From assembly GCA_963822445.1 (NCBI GenBank), contig CAWGHO010000002.1, positions 608,001-672,000 on the forward strand: a stretch of DNA of 64,000 nt, read 5' to 3'. The notes beneath the pieces were generated by a model. It was not told where the DNA came from and did not search any database. It saw only the letters and a program-made list of their open reading frames with translations. The translations under genes were made by a program, and so were the position numbers. The stretch comes from an uncultured Acidobacteriota bacterium (GTDB lineage Bacteria; Acidobacteriota; Thermoanaerobaculia; Gp7-AA8). Positions 29,632 to 39,460 of the stretch are shown piece after piece. The stretch's first letter is position 1. Each line of letters opens with the position of its first letter.

Positions 29632-30615
29632 TTAGCGAAGGTCGTTCACGTCGCGCACGAGAAACATCCTCGTCGCGCGCAGAGTGTTGTTGATGTTGTC
29701 GACCTGCACTTCGATCACGTCGCCGCGCTCGAGGCCGGAGACGGGCTGCAGGCGGCCGGCGACGTCGATGCTCATGTTGTTGTCATACGAGATCGTGACG
29801 CGGCTGCCGGTGTTGCCACTTCCGCTGTTGAAGCGCGAGATCCAGGACGCGGACTCGAGCTCGATGGTGCGGCGGCTCACGTCGTGATAGGCGACCGTTC
29901 CACGGACCGTCTGCATCGACGAGGACGATCCGGTGCCGCCGGTGCCGCTCACGCTGCGCACGACGGTGATGTCGTTCGCCGAGAAACGGTTGCTGCCGAG
30001 GTCGCGGACGCTGATGTCGATCTCATCGCCGCGCTCGAGGTCGGCCGGGCGATACGTCTGACCGTTGAAGTACACCGGCGTATTCGTGCCGTATTCGACG
30101 ATGACGTTCGCGCCGAAGCCGCGGTTCACTTCGATGGTGCGGCGCGAGGTGTCGACGTACGTCACCGTGCCGCGGAGCATCGAACCGGACGACGTGCCCG
30201 GGAAGCTACTTCCTGTTCCGCCCGACGCGTCATGGGTCACGACGACCGCGTCGGCGATGAGGGTGTTGTTCGTCGACTCCGAAACCCGCACCGTCACTTC
30301 ATCCCCCCGCTCGAGATCCTCGGGGCGATGGGTCTCGCCCTGATGGCTGACCGTGGTCTGGTTGTCGTAGTAGACGCGTACCGAACTGCCACTCCCGCCG
30401 CCGCTGTTCGAAAGCATGGAGGTCATGCCGCTGACGTTGGTCAGATAGACCGAGCGGCTGTTGGAATCGACACGGTCGACCGTGCCGCGAATCTCGTAAT
30501 TCGAGGCCTGACTGCCGCCCCCGAGGATGTCGCCGATTCCGCCGCCAGTGGAGCCGCAGGCGGCCAGGAACAATACCGCTAAGGCTGCTGCTGTCAATGA
30601 TTTAGGTTTGGTCAT
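29632..30615 (-). CDS. Lipoprotein with three OB-fold-like (DUF5666-like) repeats
   Basis: Lipobox LAAC; three RGTV…LERGD repeats. Confidence 0.8.
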   Translation of the reverse strand: MTKPKSLTAAALAVLFLAACGSTGGGIGDILGGGSQASNYEIRGTVDRVDSNSRSVYLTNVSGMTSMLSNSGGGSGSSVRVYYDNQTTVSHQGETHRPEDLERGDEVTVRVSESTNNTLIADAVVVTHDASGGTGSSFPGTSSGSMLRGTVTYVDTSRRTIEVNRGFGANVIVEYGTNTPVYFNGQTYRPADLERGDEIDISVRDLGSNRFSANDITVVRSVSGTGGTGSSSSMQTVRGTVAYHDVSRRTIELESASWISRFNSGSGNTGSRVTISYDNNMSIDVAGRLQPVSGLERGDVIEVQVDNINNTLRATRMFLVRDVNDLR

Positions 30616-30642
30616 AATCTGTTTCTCCCCACGTGGAGAAGA

Positions 30643-30657
30643 GCATGATCCGTGCCC
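30643..30657 (-). promoter_or_regulatory. Putative sigma54 promoter
   Basis: Minus strand GGGCACGGATCATGC (GG-N10-GC with the GGCACG core), about 28 nt upstream of the ATG. Confidence 0.55.
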
Positions 30658-30673
30658 CGCACAGCAAATAACT

Positions 30674-30710
30674 ACCCCGAAACGCCGTAACCCCGTAACC
30701 TCGCAACCTC
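30674..30710. repeat. Degenerate octamer tandem repeat (ACCCCGTA)n
   Basis: accccgaa acgccgta accccgta acctcgca acctc runs directly into the ATG at 30711. Confidence 0.65.
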
Positions 30711-31718
30711 ATGATTCTCAGCGTCCTCGACCAGGCCCCCATCTCCGAAGGCTCCACCGGCGCGCAGGCCGTTCGGAACTCGATCGATCTCGCGCGGTTC
30801 GCGGAAGAGCTCGGATACGAGCGGTACTGGGTGGCTGAGCATCACGGGACGCCTGCGCTCGCCTGTGCGAGTCCGGAGGCGCTGATCGGGCCGATTGCAG
30901 CGGTCACTTCACGGATTCGCGTCGGCAGCGGCGGGGTCATGCTCCCGCACTACAGTCCGCTGCGCGTCGCGGAGGCGTTCACCATGCTCGCCGCCGTCGC
31001 GCCCGGCCGCATCGACCTCGGCGTGGGCCGCGCGGCGGGAACCGATCCGGTCACCGCTTTCGCGCTGCAACGCGATCGCCGTCAGGCTGCGCCGGACGAC
31101 TTCCCCGCGCAACTCTTCGAGCTGATGGCCTACCTCGACGACGACATGCCTGCCGATCATCCATTCGCGCGGCTCACCAAACTTCCCGGACTTCCGGAGC
31201 GGCCCGATCTCTGGCTGCTCGGCAGCTCGCCGCAGAGCGGGATCTGGGCGGCGGAGCTCGGACTGCCTTACGCGTTCGCGGATTTCATCAATCCGCTCGG
31301 CGCGGAGATCGTGACGAAGTATCGCGAAGACTTCACTCCGTCCCGGCACGCGGAAAAGCCGCGCGTCATCGCCGCGGTGTGGGCGCTCTGCGCCGATTCG
31401 GATGAGGAAGCGCGGCGGATTGCGGCGAGCTCGAAGATGATGTTCACCCTCTATCTGCGCGGCGAGTTGATCGCCATTCCGCCGATCGAGAAGGCGCTGA
31501 CGTTTCTCGAAACGCAGCCGCCTTCCGAGGATCCGTTTCGCATGCGCCGGCGGGCGATCGTCGGATCGCCGGCGAAAGTCCGCGAGGGAATCGAGGCCGT
31601 GGCCGCGGAGTACGGCACGGACGAAGTGATGATCGTGACGATCACGTTCGACCACGCGGCGCGGCGCCGGTCGTATGAACTGATCGCCAGCGAGTTTCAG
31701 AAAGCCAATCGCACATAA
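30711..31718 (+). CDS. LLM-class (luciferase-like) flavin-dependent monooxygenase, YhbW-like
   Basis: LSVLDQ.P, RYWVAEHH, RVGSGGVMLPHYSP and RIDLGVGRA motifs. Confidence 0.9.
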   Translation: MILSVLDQAPISEGSTGAQAVRNSIDLARFAEELGYERYWVAEHHGTPALACASPEALIGPIAAVTSRIRVGSGGVMLPHYSPLRVAEAFTMLAAVAPGRIDLGVGRAAGTDPVTAFALQRDRRQAAPDDFPAQLFELMAYLDDDMPADHPFARLTKLPGLPERPDLWLLGSSPQSGIWAAELGLPYAFADFINPLGAEIVTKYREDFTPSRHAEKPRVIAAVWALCADSDEEARRIAASSKMMFTLYLRGELIAIPPIEKALTFLETQPPSEDPFRMRRRAIVGSPAKVREGIEAVAAEYGTDEVMIVTITFDHAARRRSYELIASEFQKANRT

Positions 31719-32497
31719 GCCTCGGGGCCGCGGATGGTCATGTCCAGCGAGCCGCCGAGATCGGCCTGGGCCACGTCGACGTCGAGACGGAAGTAGTGGT
31801 ACGCCGCGCCGATGCCGAGCCAGTTCAGCGGACGGTACTCGAGCCGCGCCGCGCCGGTCAGCGCGGTACCGGTGTAGTCCTCGATGGTCACGCGGGGCAA
31901 CGTGGCGATGCTGGCCTCGCCGTGGAATCGTTCCATGAACGCGACACGCGTCTGAAGGCCAGCCAGTGCCACTGGAACGTCCGTCTCCGCGGTTTGTGTA
32001 ACCGTCACCGTGACGCCCGGTTGCTCCGCGGTGACGCTGGCATTCATGGCGATGTTGGCGATGCCGAGGGTGATGCCGATGCCGCTGCGTTCCGCGCGGC
32101 GCGCCCAGTAGGTGTAGGTCGCGCTCCAGTAATCGAGATCGAACTCCGTGGTGACCAGCGCGTTGACGGAGTAGGTCTCGTCGCGAAAAACGATCTCCCG
32201 ATCGATCTGCTCGAGCCCCGCCCGCGGCGCCGAAAAGTGCGTCGCCGCCAGCTCATGCCGCGCGAGGGGCCGCCACTGCACTCCAAACCGCTGCAGATTG
32301 CGCGAGTCCTCCAGCCCGAGATCGCGCTCGAAGCTCACCAGCGTCCCCTCCCCCGCGGCGTCGTCCGGATCGATGCGGATATTCGTGTCGAAATCCGCCG
32401 GCGACGTTCCGCCGGTCACGCTGAAGCGCGGGAAGAGGAGGTCCTGCTGGGCGGCGAGGGGGAAAGTGAGGACGAGGAGGAGCGGGACGTAGCGCAT
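31697..32497 (-). CDS. Outer-membrane beta-barrel protein
   Basis: Start MRYVPLLLVLTFPLAA (signal peptide) at 32497; amphipathic strands; C-terminal GPEAYVRLAF. The track's upstream extension reads through a REP element. Confidence 0.78.
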   Translation of the reverse strand: MRYVPLLLVLTFPLAAQQDLLFPRFSVTGGTSPADFDTNIRIDPDDAAGEGTLVSFERDLGLEDSRNLQRFGVQWRPLARHELAATHFSAPRAGLEQIDREIVFRDETYSVNALVTTEFDLDYWSATYTYWARRAERSGIGITLGIANIAMNASVTAEQPGVTVTVTQTAETDVPVALAGLQTRVAFMERFHGEASIATLPRVTIEDYTGTALTGAARLEYRPLNWLGIGAAYHYFRLDVDVAQADLGGSLDMTIRGPEAYVRLAF

Positions 32498-32505
32498 ATA
32501 CAAAA

Positions 32506-32611
32506 GGAGCGCCGCCGTCTCGGCGGCTGGCGCGGCGGCGTCCTGCGCCGCCGCCCCCCCAAGCGCAGGAGCGAGACGCCTGCGCACCAGCCGGCGGGAC
32601 GCCGGCGCTCC
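32506..32611. repeat. REPIN-like element, GGAG family
   Basis: Inverted 25-nt arms ggagcgccgccgtctcggcggctgg … ccagccggcgggacgccggcgctcc, each with an internal hairpin. Confidence 0.75.
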
Positions 32612-32631
32612 ATCAACCGCGGGCGTGCGCG

Positions 32632-33015
32632 CTACTGAAGGCGCTCTGCTCCTTCGATTCGGCCGAGGTTCTTGTCGAACGTGCCGAGCGGTGTGTGGCC
32701 GGCCTTGCGCGCGATCTCCAGCACCAGACAATCGGAAAAACCAAGTGCGGGTTTCAACCGATACTGATCGAGCGCTGCAAGGACGACATCAGCGTCCTGT
32801 ACCGTGATTGTGGCGTGGTTCAGGAGCATCTCGATCGCCATTGCAATCTGGGCATCCTCGAGACCATAGACCGCACTCAAAACCCAGGACATTTCAGCGA
32901 GAACCAGGTGGGAAGCCCATGCTCCACGCTCTACGAATCGTTGCGCGGCGAGAACCTGCTTCTCTTCGTCCCGAATGACGAGACGAACGAGCACGTTCGT
33001 GTCAACGGCCCGCAT
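32632..33015 (-). CDS. vapC: PIN-domain toxin (VapC family)
   Basis: MRAVDTNVLVR…LAE..WVL…FSDCL…TFD acidic PIN residues; overlaps the antitoxin gene. Confidence 0.9.
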   Translation of the reverse strand: MRAVDTNVLVRLVIRDEEKQVLAAQRFVERGAWASHLVLAEMSWVLSAVYGLEDAQIAMAIEMLLNHATITVQDADVVLAALDQYRLKPALGFSDCLVLEIARKAGHTPLGTFDKNLGRIEGAERLQ

Positions 33016-33262
33016 GTTTCCCTTTGATGTGCCGACGAATGCCCTCTTTCAGTTCTTCGAGCTTGTGGGGCCTGGGTGGCTTCGCAAAAAGGGCCCGATG
33101 AATGTCCTCGAATGAAAACCGGCCAGCCTTCCGGACGACCACCCTCTCGCCATCCTCCTCCCACTCCAGAACCGACCCCGGACCAATACCGAGCTTGCGC
33201 CTGATCTCCGCGGGAACCGAGATCTGGCCTTGAGCTGTAACCTTCGATTGGGGATGCGCCAT
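33002..33262 (-). CDS. AbrB/MazE/SpoVT-family antitoxin
   Basis: SKVTAQGQISVPAEIRRKLGIGPG swapped-hairpin motif; upstream of and overlapping the PIN gene. Confidence 0.9.
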   Translation of the reverse strand: MAHPQSKVTAQGQISVPAEIRRKLGIGPGSVLEWEEDGERVVVRKAGRFSFEDIHRALFAKPPRPHKLEELKEGIRRHIKGKHAGR

Positions 33263-33327
33263 GGCTTCATAGTACTACGGTAATGCAACCTCCCCCGGTT
33301 ACAATCCGCGCCCGGAGGAGCTGACCG

Positions 33328-34077
33328 ATGGAATGGTTGTCCAACCCCGAGGCCTGGGTCGCGCTGTTGACGTTGACGTTGCTCGAAGTCGTGCTCGGTC
33401 TCGACAACGTCATCTTCATTTCCATCCTCGCCGGCAAGCTGCGCGTCGAGGAGCAGAAGAAGGCGCGGATGATCGGGCTCGCGGGCGCGATGGTCATGCG
33501 CATCCTCCTGCTGCTGTCGCTGGCCTGGATCATCCGCCTGACCAAGCCCCTCTTCACCGTCCTCGGCAACGACATCTCCGGCCGCGATCTGATTCTCCTC
33601 GGCGGCGGCCTGTTCCTGATGGCCAAGGCCACGCACGAGATTCACGACAAGCTCGAAGGGGATCAAGGGGAAACGGTCAAGAAGGTGATGCCGACGCTGA
33701 CCTCGGTCGTCGTGCAGATCATGCTCCTGGACATCGTCTTCTCCCTCGATTCCGTCATCACCGCCGTCGGCATGGCCAAGGACCTCGGTGTCATGATCAC
33801 CGCGGTCGTCGTCGCCGTGGTGATCATGCTCTTCGCCGCTGGGCCGATCAGCGGATTCGTCGACCGCCATCCCACCGTGAAGATGCTGGCCCTGAGCTTC
33901 CTCCTGCTCATCGGCATGGCCCTCATGGCCGAAGGCCTCGAGTTCCACATCCCGAAGGGCTACGTCTACTTCGCGATGGGCTTCTCGGTGTTCGTGGAGG
34001 TCCTGAACATCCAGTTCCGGCGGAAGTACAAGCCGGTGAAGCTGCACGACTCGTATCACGAGCCCGAAACGAAGTAA
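33328..34077 (+). CDS. TerC family integral membrane protein
   Basis: LEVVLGLDNVIFI and DIVFSLDSVITAVG motifs; GGAGGA RBS. Confidence 0.92.
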   Translation: MEWLSNPEAWVALLTLTLLEVVLGLDNVIFISILAGKLRVEEQKKARMIGLAGAMVMRILLLLSLAWIIRLTKPLFTVLGNDISGRDLILLGGGLFLMAKATHEIHDKLEGDQGETVKKVMPTLTSVVVQIMLLDIVFSLDSVITAVGMAKDLGVMITAVVVAVVIMLFAAGPISGFVDRHPTVKMLALSFLLLIGMALMAEGLEFHIPKGYVYFAMGFSVFVEVLNIQFRRKYKPVKLHDSYHEPETK

Positions 34078-34108
34078 CTGGCAGCTCGCCTCGCTTCGCT
34101 CGCGGCTA

Positions 34109-34213
34109 GTTGCTGGGTTGCTGAGTTCCTGGGTTGCTGAGTGCTCCGCTGGACGCACGATCGTGGCTCTCGGCGGAGCACCCAGCAACCCAGCAACCTA
34201 GCAACTCAGCAAC
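34109..34213. repeat. Inverted octamer tandem-repeat hairpin (GTTGCTGR)4 … (YCAGCAAC)4
   Basis: gttgctgg gttgctga gttcctgg gttgctga gtgctccgc … gcggagcac ccagcaac ccagcaac ctagcaac tcagcaac. Confidence 0.85.
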
Positions 34214-34221
34214 CTGCTACA

Positions 34222-34236
34222 TGGCACGCGAAGTGC
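34222..34236 (+). promoter_or_regulatory. Putative sigma54 promoter (near-leaderless transcript)
   Basis: TGGCACGCGAAGTGC (GG-N10-GC) ends 14 nt before the ATG at 34251. Confidence 0.6.
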
Positions 34237-34250
34237 CCCTTTTTCGGGGC

Positions 34251-34463
34251 ATGGGAACCATCATCGGACTGGTGCTGCTGTTCGTGGCCGTGATCACGCT
34301 CATGGTCGTCATCGGCCGTCTCCGCCGGCAGGTCGGCGGCGGATTGGGACCGACGGAATTCAGCGACGGCAGCATGACCAGCACGCCAACCGGGTATCCG
34401 GAAGAGATGCACGGACACGGCAAGAAGATCGGGCCGGTCGACAACAACGCCGCGAAGGTTTGA
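34251..34463 (+). CDS. Small single-pass membrane protein (70 aa)
   Basis: MGTIIGLVLLFVAVITLMVVIGRLRR TM helix followed by basic residues; GC3 bias; sigma54-like motif upstream. Confidence 0.65.
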   Translation: MGTIIGLVLLFVAVITLMVVIGRLRRQVGGGLGPTEFSDGSMTSTPTGYPEEMHGHGKKIGPVDNNAAKV

Positions 34464-34466
34464 CCT

Positions 34467-37058
34467 TCAGCTGCGGCGTTGCGAAGCGGCGGCGATGACT
34501 CCGCGCAATTGCTCGGCCGCGCGGGCGTACTCGCGCTCCAGCGCCTCGACTGTCGCCGCGGCCTGACTCGTATCTCCGGCGCGTCCGATCGTTTCGAGCT
34601 CCGTACACAGATCGCGCACGACCGCGGCGCCGATGTTCCCCGAGCTGCTCTTCAGCGCGTGCGCGGCCCCGGCCAGCTTCGCCGCATTGTCCGTTCGAAC
34701 GGCATCGCGCATGACGGCGATGCGCGGCGGGGCGTCTTCGAGATAGATCCCGGCCAGCTCGGCGACGAAATCGTCGCTACCGCCGCCGACCTCCCGCAGG
34801 TTGGCGATTACCACCGGATCGAGCGGCTCCACTGACGGCGGCGGAACGTACGTGCTGAGCACACGGGCCAGCTCCGTCTCGGTGAACGGCTTGTGCATGT
34901 AGTCATCCATTCCCGCGGCGAGGCAGCGCTCGCGATCGCCGGCCAGCGCATTTGCGGTCAGAGCGATGATCGGAAGACGGCGCCCACGCTCCTCGATCCG
35001 CCGGATCTCGCGCGTGGCCGCGAAACCGTCCATCTCCGGCATCTGCACATCCATCAGCACGAGTGCGTAATCGTGACGGCTGACCGCTTCCACGGCTTCG
35101 ATGCCGTTCGCGACGGCGTCCGCGGCGTATCCCGCTTTCGCCAGCTGGCGGATGGCGACCTTCTGATTCACAGGATTGTCCTCGGCAACGAGAACGCGCA
35201 CGTCCGAGCGAATGGGCACCGGCTCGCGGACCTGTTCCGTTTTCGGTTTGCGTACCGCGCCGGCAACGGACGTGGCCACCGCGTCGAAGAGCGCGGAGTG
35301 TTTCACCGGCTTGGTCACGCATTCGTCGATGCCGACGACGCGCATGATCGACGGCTCGATGCGGTTCGCCAGCGACGTGAGGATGATGATGCGCGTGTCG
35401 ACGGTGGCCGTGTCGCACTTGACCAGGCGCGCGAACACGATGCCGTTCATGTCCGGAAGCTGCAGATCGGCGATGACGAGATCGTACGGCGTTCCACGCT
35501 CGGCGGCGGCGCGAAGGATCTCCAATCCTTCCTTCGCCGTCCCGGCCAGCTCGGCCTGCATGTTCCAGGCGGCGAGATTGTGATCGACGATCTGCCGGCT
35601 GGTGGCGCTGCCGTCGACGACCAGCACGCGCACGCCTTTGAGCGAGCGAAGGAGCAGCTCGCGGGTGATGTGATCGACGTCCGCGCGCGGAAGCGGGATC
35701 TCGAACCAGAACGTCGATCCGCGGCCGACGGCCGACTCGACGCCGATCGATCCGCCCATGCTCTCCACGATCTGCTTGGAGATCGCCAATCCCAGCCCCG
35801 TGCCGCCGAAACGGCGCGTCGTCGACGCGTCGGCCTGACTGAACGGCCGGAAAAGACGCGGCAAGGCTTCCGGCGCGATGCCGATTCCGGTGTCGCGCAC
35901 GCTGAAGCGGATCGTGTCTCCGTCGGCCGACTGACCGGGATCGACGCGGACCAGCACCTCGCCGGAGTTGGTGAACTTGATCGCGTTTCCGATGAGGTTC
36001 ATCAGCACCTGGCGCAACCGGCCGGCGTCACCGCGTACGAACCGCGGCAGGGAGTGATCGATGAGGACGCCCAGCGCGAGGTTCCGCTCGTTCGCGGCTT
36101 TGGTGAGCAGATCGAGGATCGACTCCACCGCCGGCCAGAGCTCGAAGTCCTCGGCCTCGACGGTCAGCTTCCCCGCTTCGAGCTTCGAAAAATCGAGCAC
36201 GTCGTTGATCACGGTCAGCAACGCGTCGGCGCTGCTGCGAACGGTCTGGGCGAGCTCGCGTTGATCGGTCTCGAGTTTCGTATCGAGGAGCAACCCGCTC
36301 ATGCCGATGATGGCGTTCATCGGCGTGCGGATCTCATGGCTCATGTTCGCGAGGAATTGCGAGCGCATCTCCGCTTCGCGCACGGCGGCGTCGCGCGTCT
36401 CTTTCATCGCCGCGGCGAGCTCCCGGCTCAGGCGCTCGCCGCGAAGCACCATGAGGAACACGACCAGGAGCAGGCCGACGCTGGCGAGCGCGCCGAGGAC
36501 CACGAGAAAACGCGCGCGGCCGCTCTGCCTGTCGGAGTGCGCGCGCCGCGCATCGAGGAGCTCGTTCTCGTGGCGCTTCATGGCCTCGATGATGTTGTGT
36601 ACGAGATCCATCGCCGACTTGCCAGCGCCGGTCATGGTGATCTCGCGGGCAGCCTCGAATCCCTGATGCTCGCGCGTCTCGAGGATCTGCTCGACGAAGC
36701 GCAGTTTCTCCGCAACGGCCGCGCGAAGAAGCCTCACCCGGCTGCGCTGCGACGGGCTGGCATGGACCAACCGGTCGAGCTCATCGAGGCCGTTCTCGAT
36801 CCGCGGGAACGTGGCTCGCGACTCTTCGGCATACAAAGGCAAGCCGGTGATGACGTACGCGCGTTGTGCGGTCTCCGCCGCCTCGACCGTCACCAGCATC
36901 AGCTCGCACTTCGAGATGACCTCGTGCGTGTGACCGACATCGCGCGCGGCGGCTTCCGCCTGCCGTGACGCGCGGAACGAGACTCCGACCATCGCCGCGA
37001 CGACGATCAGCGCGAGAGCGAAACCGATCCCTAACTGATACGGGCGTGGAATGGACAT
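34467..37058 (-). CDS. Membrane hybrid histidine kinase (CHASE3, HisKA, HATPase, two REC, Hpt)
   Basis: Likely start MSIPRPYQ at 37058; TM-CHASE3 ([12 protein letters not shown])-TM; [14 protein letters not shown]; GGTGLGL; two receivers; Hpt motif AHALKSSS. Confidence 0.9.
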   Translation of the reverse strand: MSIPRPYQLGIGFALALIVVAAMVGVSFRASRQAEAAARDVGHTHEVISKCELMLVTVEAAETAQRAYVITGLPLYAEESRATFPRIENGLDELDRLVHASPSQRSRVRLLRAAVAEKLRFVEQILETREHQGFEAAREITMTGAGKSAMDLVHNIIEAMKRHENELLDARRAHSDRQSGRARFLVVLGALASVGLLLVVFLMVLRGERLSRELAAAMKETRDAAVREAEMRSQFLANMSHEIRTPMNAIIGMSGLLLDTKLETDQRELAQTVRSSADALLTVINDVLDFSKLEAGKLTVEAEDFELWPAVESILDLLTKAANERNLALGVLIDHSLPRFVRGDAGRLRQVLMNLIGNAIKFTNSGEVLVRVDPGQSADGDTIRFSVRDTGIGIAPEALPRLFRPFSQADASTTRRFGGTGLGLAISKQIVESMGGSIGVESAVGRGSTFWFEIPLPRADVDHITRELLLRSLKGVRVLVVDGSATSRQIVDHNLAAWNMQAELAGTAKEGLEILRAAAERGTPYDLVIADLQLPDMNGIVFARLVKCDTATVDTRIIILTSLANRIEPSIMRVVGIDECVTKPVKHSALFDAVATSVAGAVRKPKTEQVREPVPIRSDVRVLVAEDNPVNQKVAIRQLAKAGYAADAVANGIEAVEAVSRHDYALVLMDVQMPEMDGFAATREIRRIEERGRRLPIIALTANALAGDRERCLAAGMDDYMHKPFTETELARVLSTYVPPPSVEPLDPVVIANLREVGGGSDDFVAELAGIYLEDAPPRIAVMRDAVRTDNAAKLAGAAHALKSSSGNIGAAVVRDLCTELETIGRAGDTSQAAATVEALEREYARAAEQLRGVIAAASQRRS

Positions 37059-37069
37059 GCCGATGGGTC

Positions 37070-39448
37070 TTATCGTCGATTTGCTGGCGCCTCGGAGTGA
37101 CCGCGCGCACGCACGGCCTCGATGATCGCGTCGGCGCGTTGCGCCGGCAGCCGCCGCTCGTATCCCCACATCCCATCGAGATACTCCGTCCCCGTAGTCT
37201 TTTCCTGAGCCTCGGAAACCATGCGAAGCGCTTCGACGACGCCGGGAACGACGTACGTGTGGCCGCGCGAATCGCGCAGCATGTTCCACAGCCAGTCCTG
37301 CATCGTGCCGAGGTCCGTGCGGGCCTGCGTGAGCATGCGGCCGAGGGCCCGGAGCCTGTGGACGATGGCGATGAGACCGCAGGTCGCGAAGAACGAGTAC
37401 GGCTCGAGCGATGTGAGCCGCGCGGCGAACGAAGCGCCATCGCGATGGATGCTGACCGCGCCCGGCGTCAGGTCGGCGGCGAGCTTCACGCTCGACACGA
37501 TGCCGTGCGGGCGGAAATCGATGAACCCGTTCACCGCCATCTGAAAAGCCTGGTAGTCGGGACTGGCGTTCTCGAACATCTTCCGCAGCGAGTCCTCGTG
37601 CGTGACGACGTCTCCCTGCGGCGCGATGTAGTAACCGGTGCGAACGATGGTGTCGCCGCGCTCGTCCTCGACCACGATCGGTGACCCGAGCGAGGTGACG
37701 GTGAACACCGCGTCCAGCGCGATTTTCAACACGGCCAGATGGGCTTCATCGCGTGCGCCGAACTGGCCAGGATCGATCAGCGGCTTGAGCGTAAGCAGTT
37801 GGCCGGGCTTGTCCGCGGTCACCAGCGTTCGCAGGTCGCGCGTCAGCGTCTCGATGTCCCACTGCTCGACGTCGCGGAAGGTGAGCGGGCGCGAGTTCTC
37901 GAGGAAGAACCGCCGCGGACTGAATGACGCGTCGGGATACTCCTCGATCGCTTCGATGTCGAGCGTGCGCACGCGATGCAGCGCAATGAGCAGCGCGAGC
38001 GTGTGCAGCTCGGCCTGATGCTTCGCCGAGCCGAGGTCCTGAAGGGCCATCGGGTCGACGCCGCCGAGTTGCGCGTCGAGCAGAACGGGCTGGTAGAGAA
38101 AGTCGAAGACCTGCTTCGAATTCGCGGTCTCGGTGTAGTAGCAGATCCCGTCCTGGAACCAGGGGACGTTCGGGTCGTCGCCGAGGAGGCCGACCGTGGC
38201 CAGGACGTGACCGAGCTCGCTGACCGAGGCCACTTTCATCACGCGATAGAGCGCGTCGGCGTTGGCGACAGAGAAGAATCCGTTCTCGCCGCTGCGGATC
38301 GCGTACTCGGGACGGAGCTCCTCGCCGAGCTTGAAGTGCAGCGGCTTCGCCTTCGCCTTGTCGTCGAGGCGCAACGTGGTCGGTTTGAAGAGGTGAATGA
38401 ACTGCCGGCGCTCGCGCGCGCCGCGGAACAGCTCGTGCGGCGCCGCTCGGAGCTTCTCGACGATCGCACCGTGAAGCGGAATCGATTCGCGCATACGGAC
38501 TTCGTCGATCCCGATGGCTGCCGCGGTGACGAGCATGAGCACGCCGCGCTCGGCGTACTTTTCGGTGAGGTGCTCGGCCTCGATGTGCTTCGTGCGAAGG
38601 AATTCATCGCGCGCGGCATGGGCGAAGCCGAGGCGGATGGCGGTCGTGCCGCCGGCCTCGTCGTACATCCCGCCGACGCCGGTCGTGTGCGCGACGAGCA
38701 CGCGCGCGCCCCACGTATCGCGCACCGCGGCGAGATCGCCGGCGAACGTCGATTCGAAGGCGTCCTTCATCGACGCGGTGAAGGTGTCGTCCATGCCCAG
38801 CGCATCGCCGACGAGTGCGAGACCGCCGGTCTGATACGCGAGGATGCTCGGCAGCGGGAATCCGAGGACGACCGAGCGATAGGGCTTCTGGCCGTAGTCG
38901 CGGAGACGGGTCAGGCGGTCTTCGAGGAAGGAGGTGATGGGACGCGATGCGCGAACGTAACGCATCAAGCCTTCGCCGATCTCGGATTGAGACATGGTTC
39001 GCGTGACGCCGGCGAGATGGAGGAATTGATCGATGGCCGCGGGGCGGCGATCGAGGTCGGCGTCCTTCACCAGCTCGAGGCCGGGAATCGGCTTCATCTC
39101 GTATTTCGACACGGCCACGTAGACGCCGCCGGGCGTGAGGTAGCCATGTTCGAACGGCCGCGGTGCGGTGCCCGCGCCCCAGCGCGTGCGGGTGAATCGC
39201 TTCAGGCGCGATTCGAAGGAATGCACTTCGTCGTCCGTGCGCCCGGTGACGATCAGCACCGGCACATCCTCGGCCGAAGGCGCGGGGGCGATGCTCATCA
39301 TCTCTTCGAACATCGCCACCATCTGCAGGGCAGCGGCTCCCCCGACGGCACCTGTGCCGCCGATGAAGACGTGAACATCGCGGTAATGCCGCCCCGAGCG
39401 CGCCGCCGCGGCGAGGCGAGGCCCGAAGCGAGCTTTCTTGAACCCCAT
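37070..39448 (-). CDS. Uncharacterised 792-aa protein with N-terminal Rossmann-type dinucleotide-binding motif
   Basis: VFIGGTGAVG glycine-rich loop near the N-terminus; strong GC3 bias; no other recognisable family. Confidence 0.8.
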   Translation of the reverse strand: MGFKKARFGPRLAAAARSGRHYRDVHVFIGGTGAVGGAAALQMVAMFEEMMSIAPAPSAEDVPVLIVTGRTDDEVHSFESRLKRFTRTRWGAGTAPRPFEHGYLTPGGVYVAVSKYEMKPIPGLELVKDADLDRRPAAIDQFLHLAGVTRTMSQSEIGEGLMRYVRASRPITSFLEDRLTRLRDYGQKPYRSVVLGFPLPSILAYQTGGLALVGDALGMDDTFTASMKDAFESTFAGDLAAVRDTWGARVLVAHTTGVGGMYDEAGGTTAIRLGFAHAARDEFLRTKHIEAEHLTEKYAERGVLMLVTAAAIGIDEVRMRESIPLHGAIVEKLRAAPHELFRGARERRQFIHLFKPTTLRLDDKAKAKPLHFKLGEELRPEYAIRSGENGFFSVANADALYRVMKVASVSELGHVLATVGLLGDDPNVPWFQDGICYYTETANSKQVFDFLYQPVLLDAQLGGVDPMALQDLGSAKHQAELHTLALLIALHRVRTLDIEAIEEYPDASFSPRRFFLENSRPLTFRDVEQWDIETLTRDLRTLVTADKPGQLLTLKPLIDPGQFGARDEAHLAVLKIALDAVFTVTSLGSPIVVEDERGDTIVRTGYYIAPQGDVVTHEDSLRKMFENASPDYQAFQMAVNGFIDFRPHGIVSSVKLAADLTPGAVSIHRDGASFAARLTSLEPYSFFATCGLIAIVHRLRALGRMLTQARTDLGTMQDWLWNMLRDSRGHTYVVPGVVEALRMVSEAQEKTTGTEYLDGMWGYERRLPAQRADAIIEAVRARGHSEAPANRR

Positions 39449-39460
39449 CGGCCGCGAAGA

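Noticed and set aside
33263-33327. yybP-ykoY (Mn2+) riboswitch upstream of the TerC gene
   Set aside because: The gap is only 65 nt, is shared with the divergent TA promoter and shows no recognisable aptamer.
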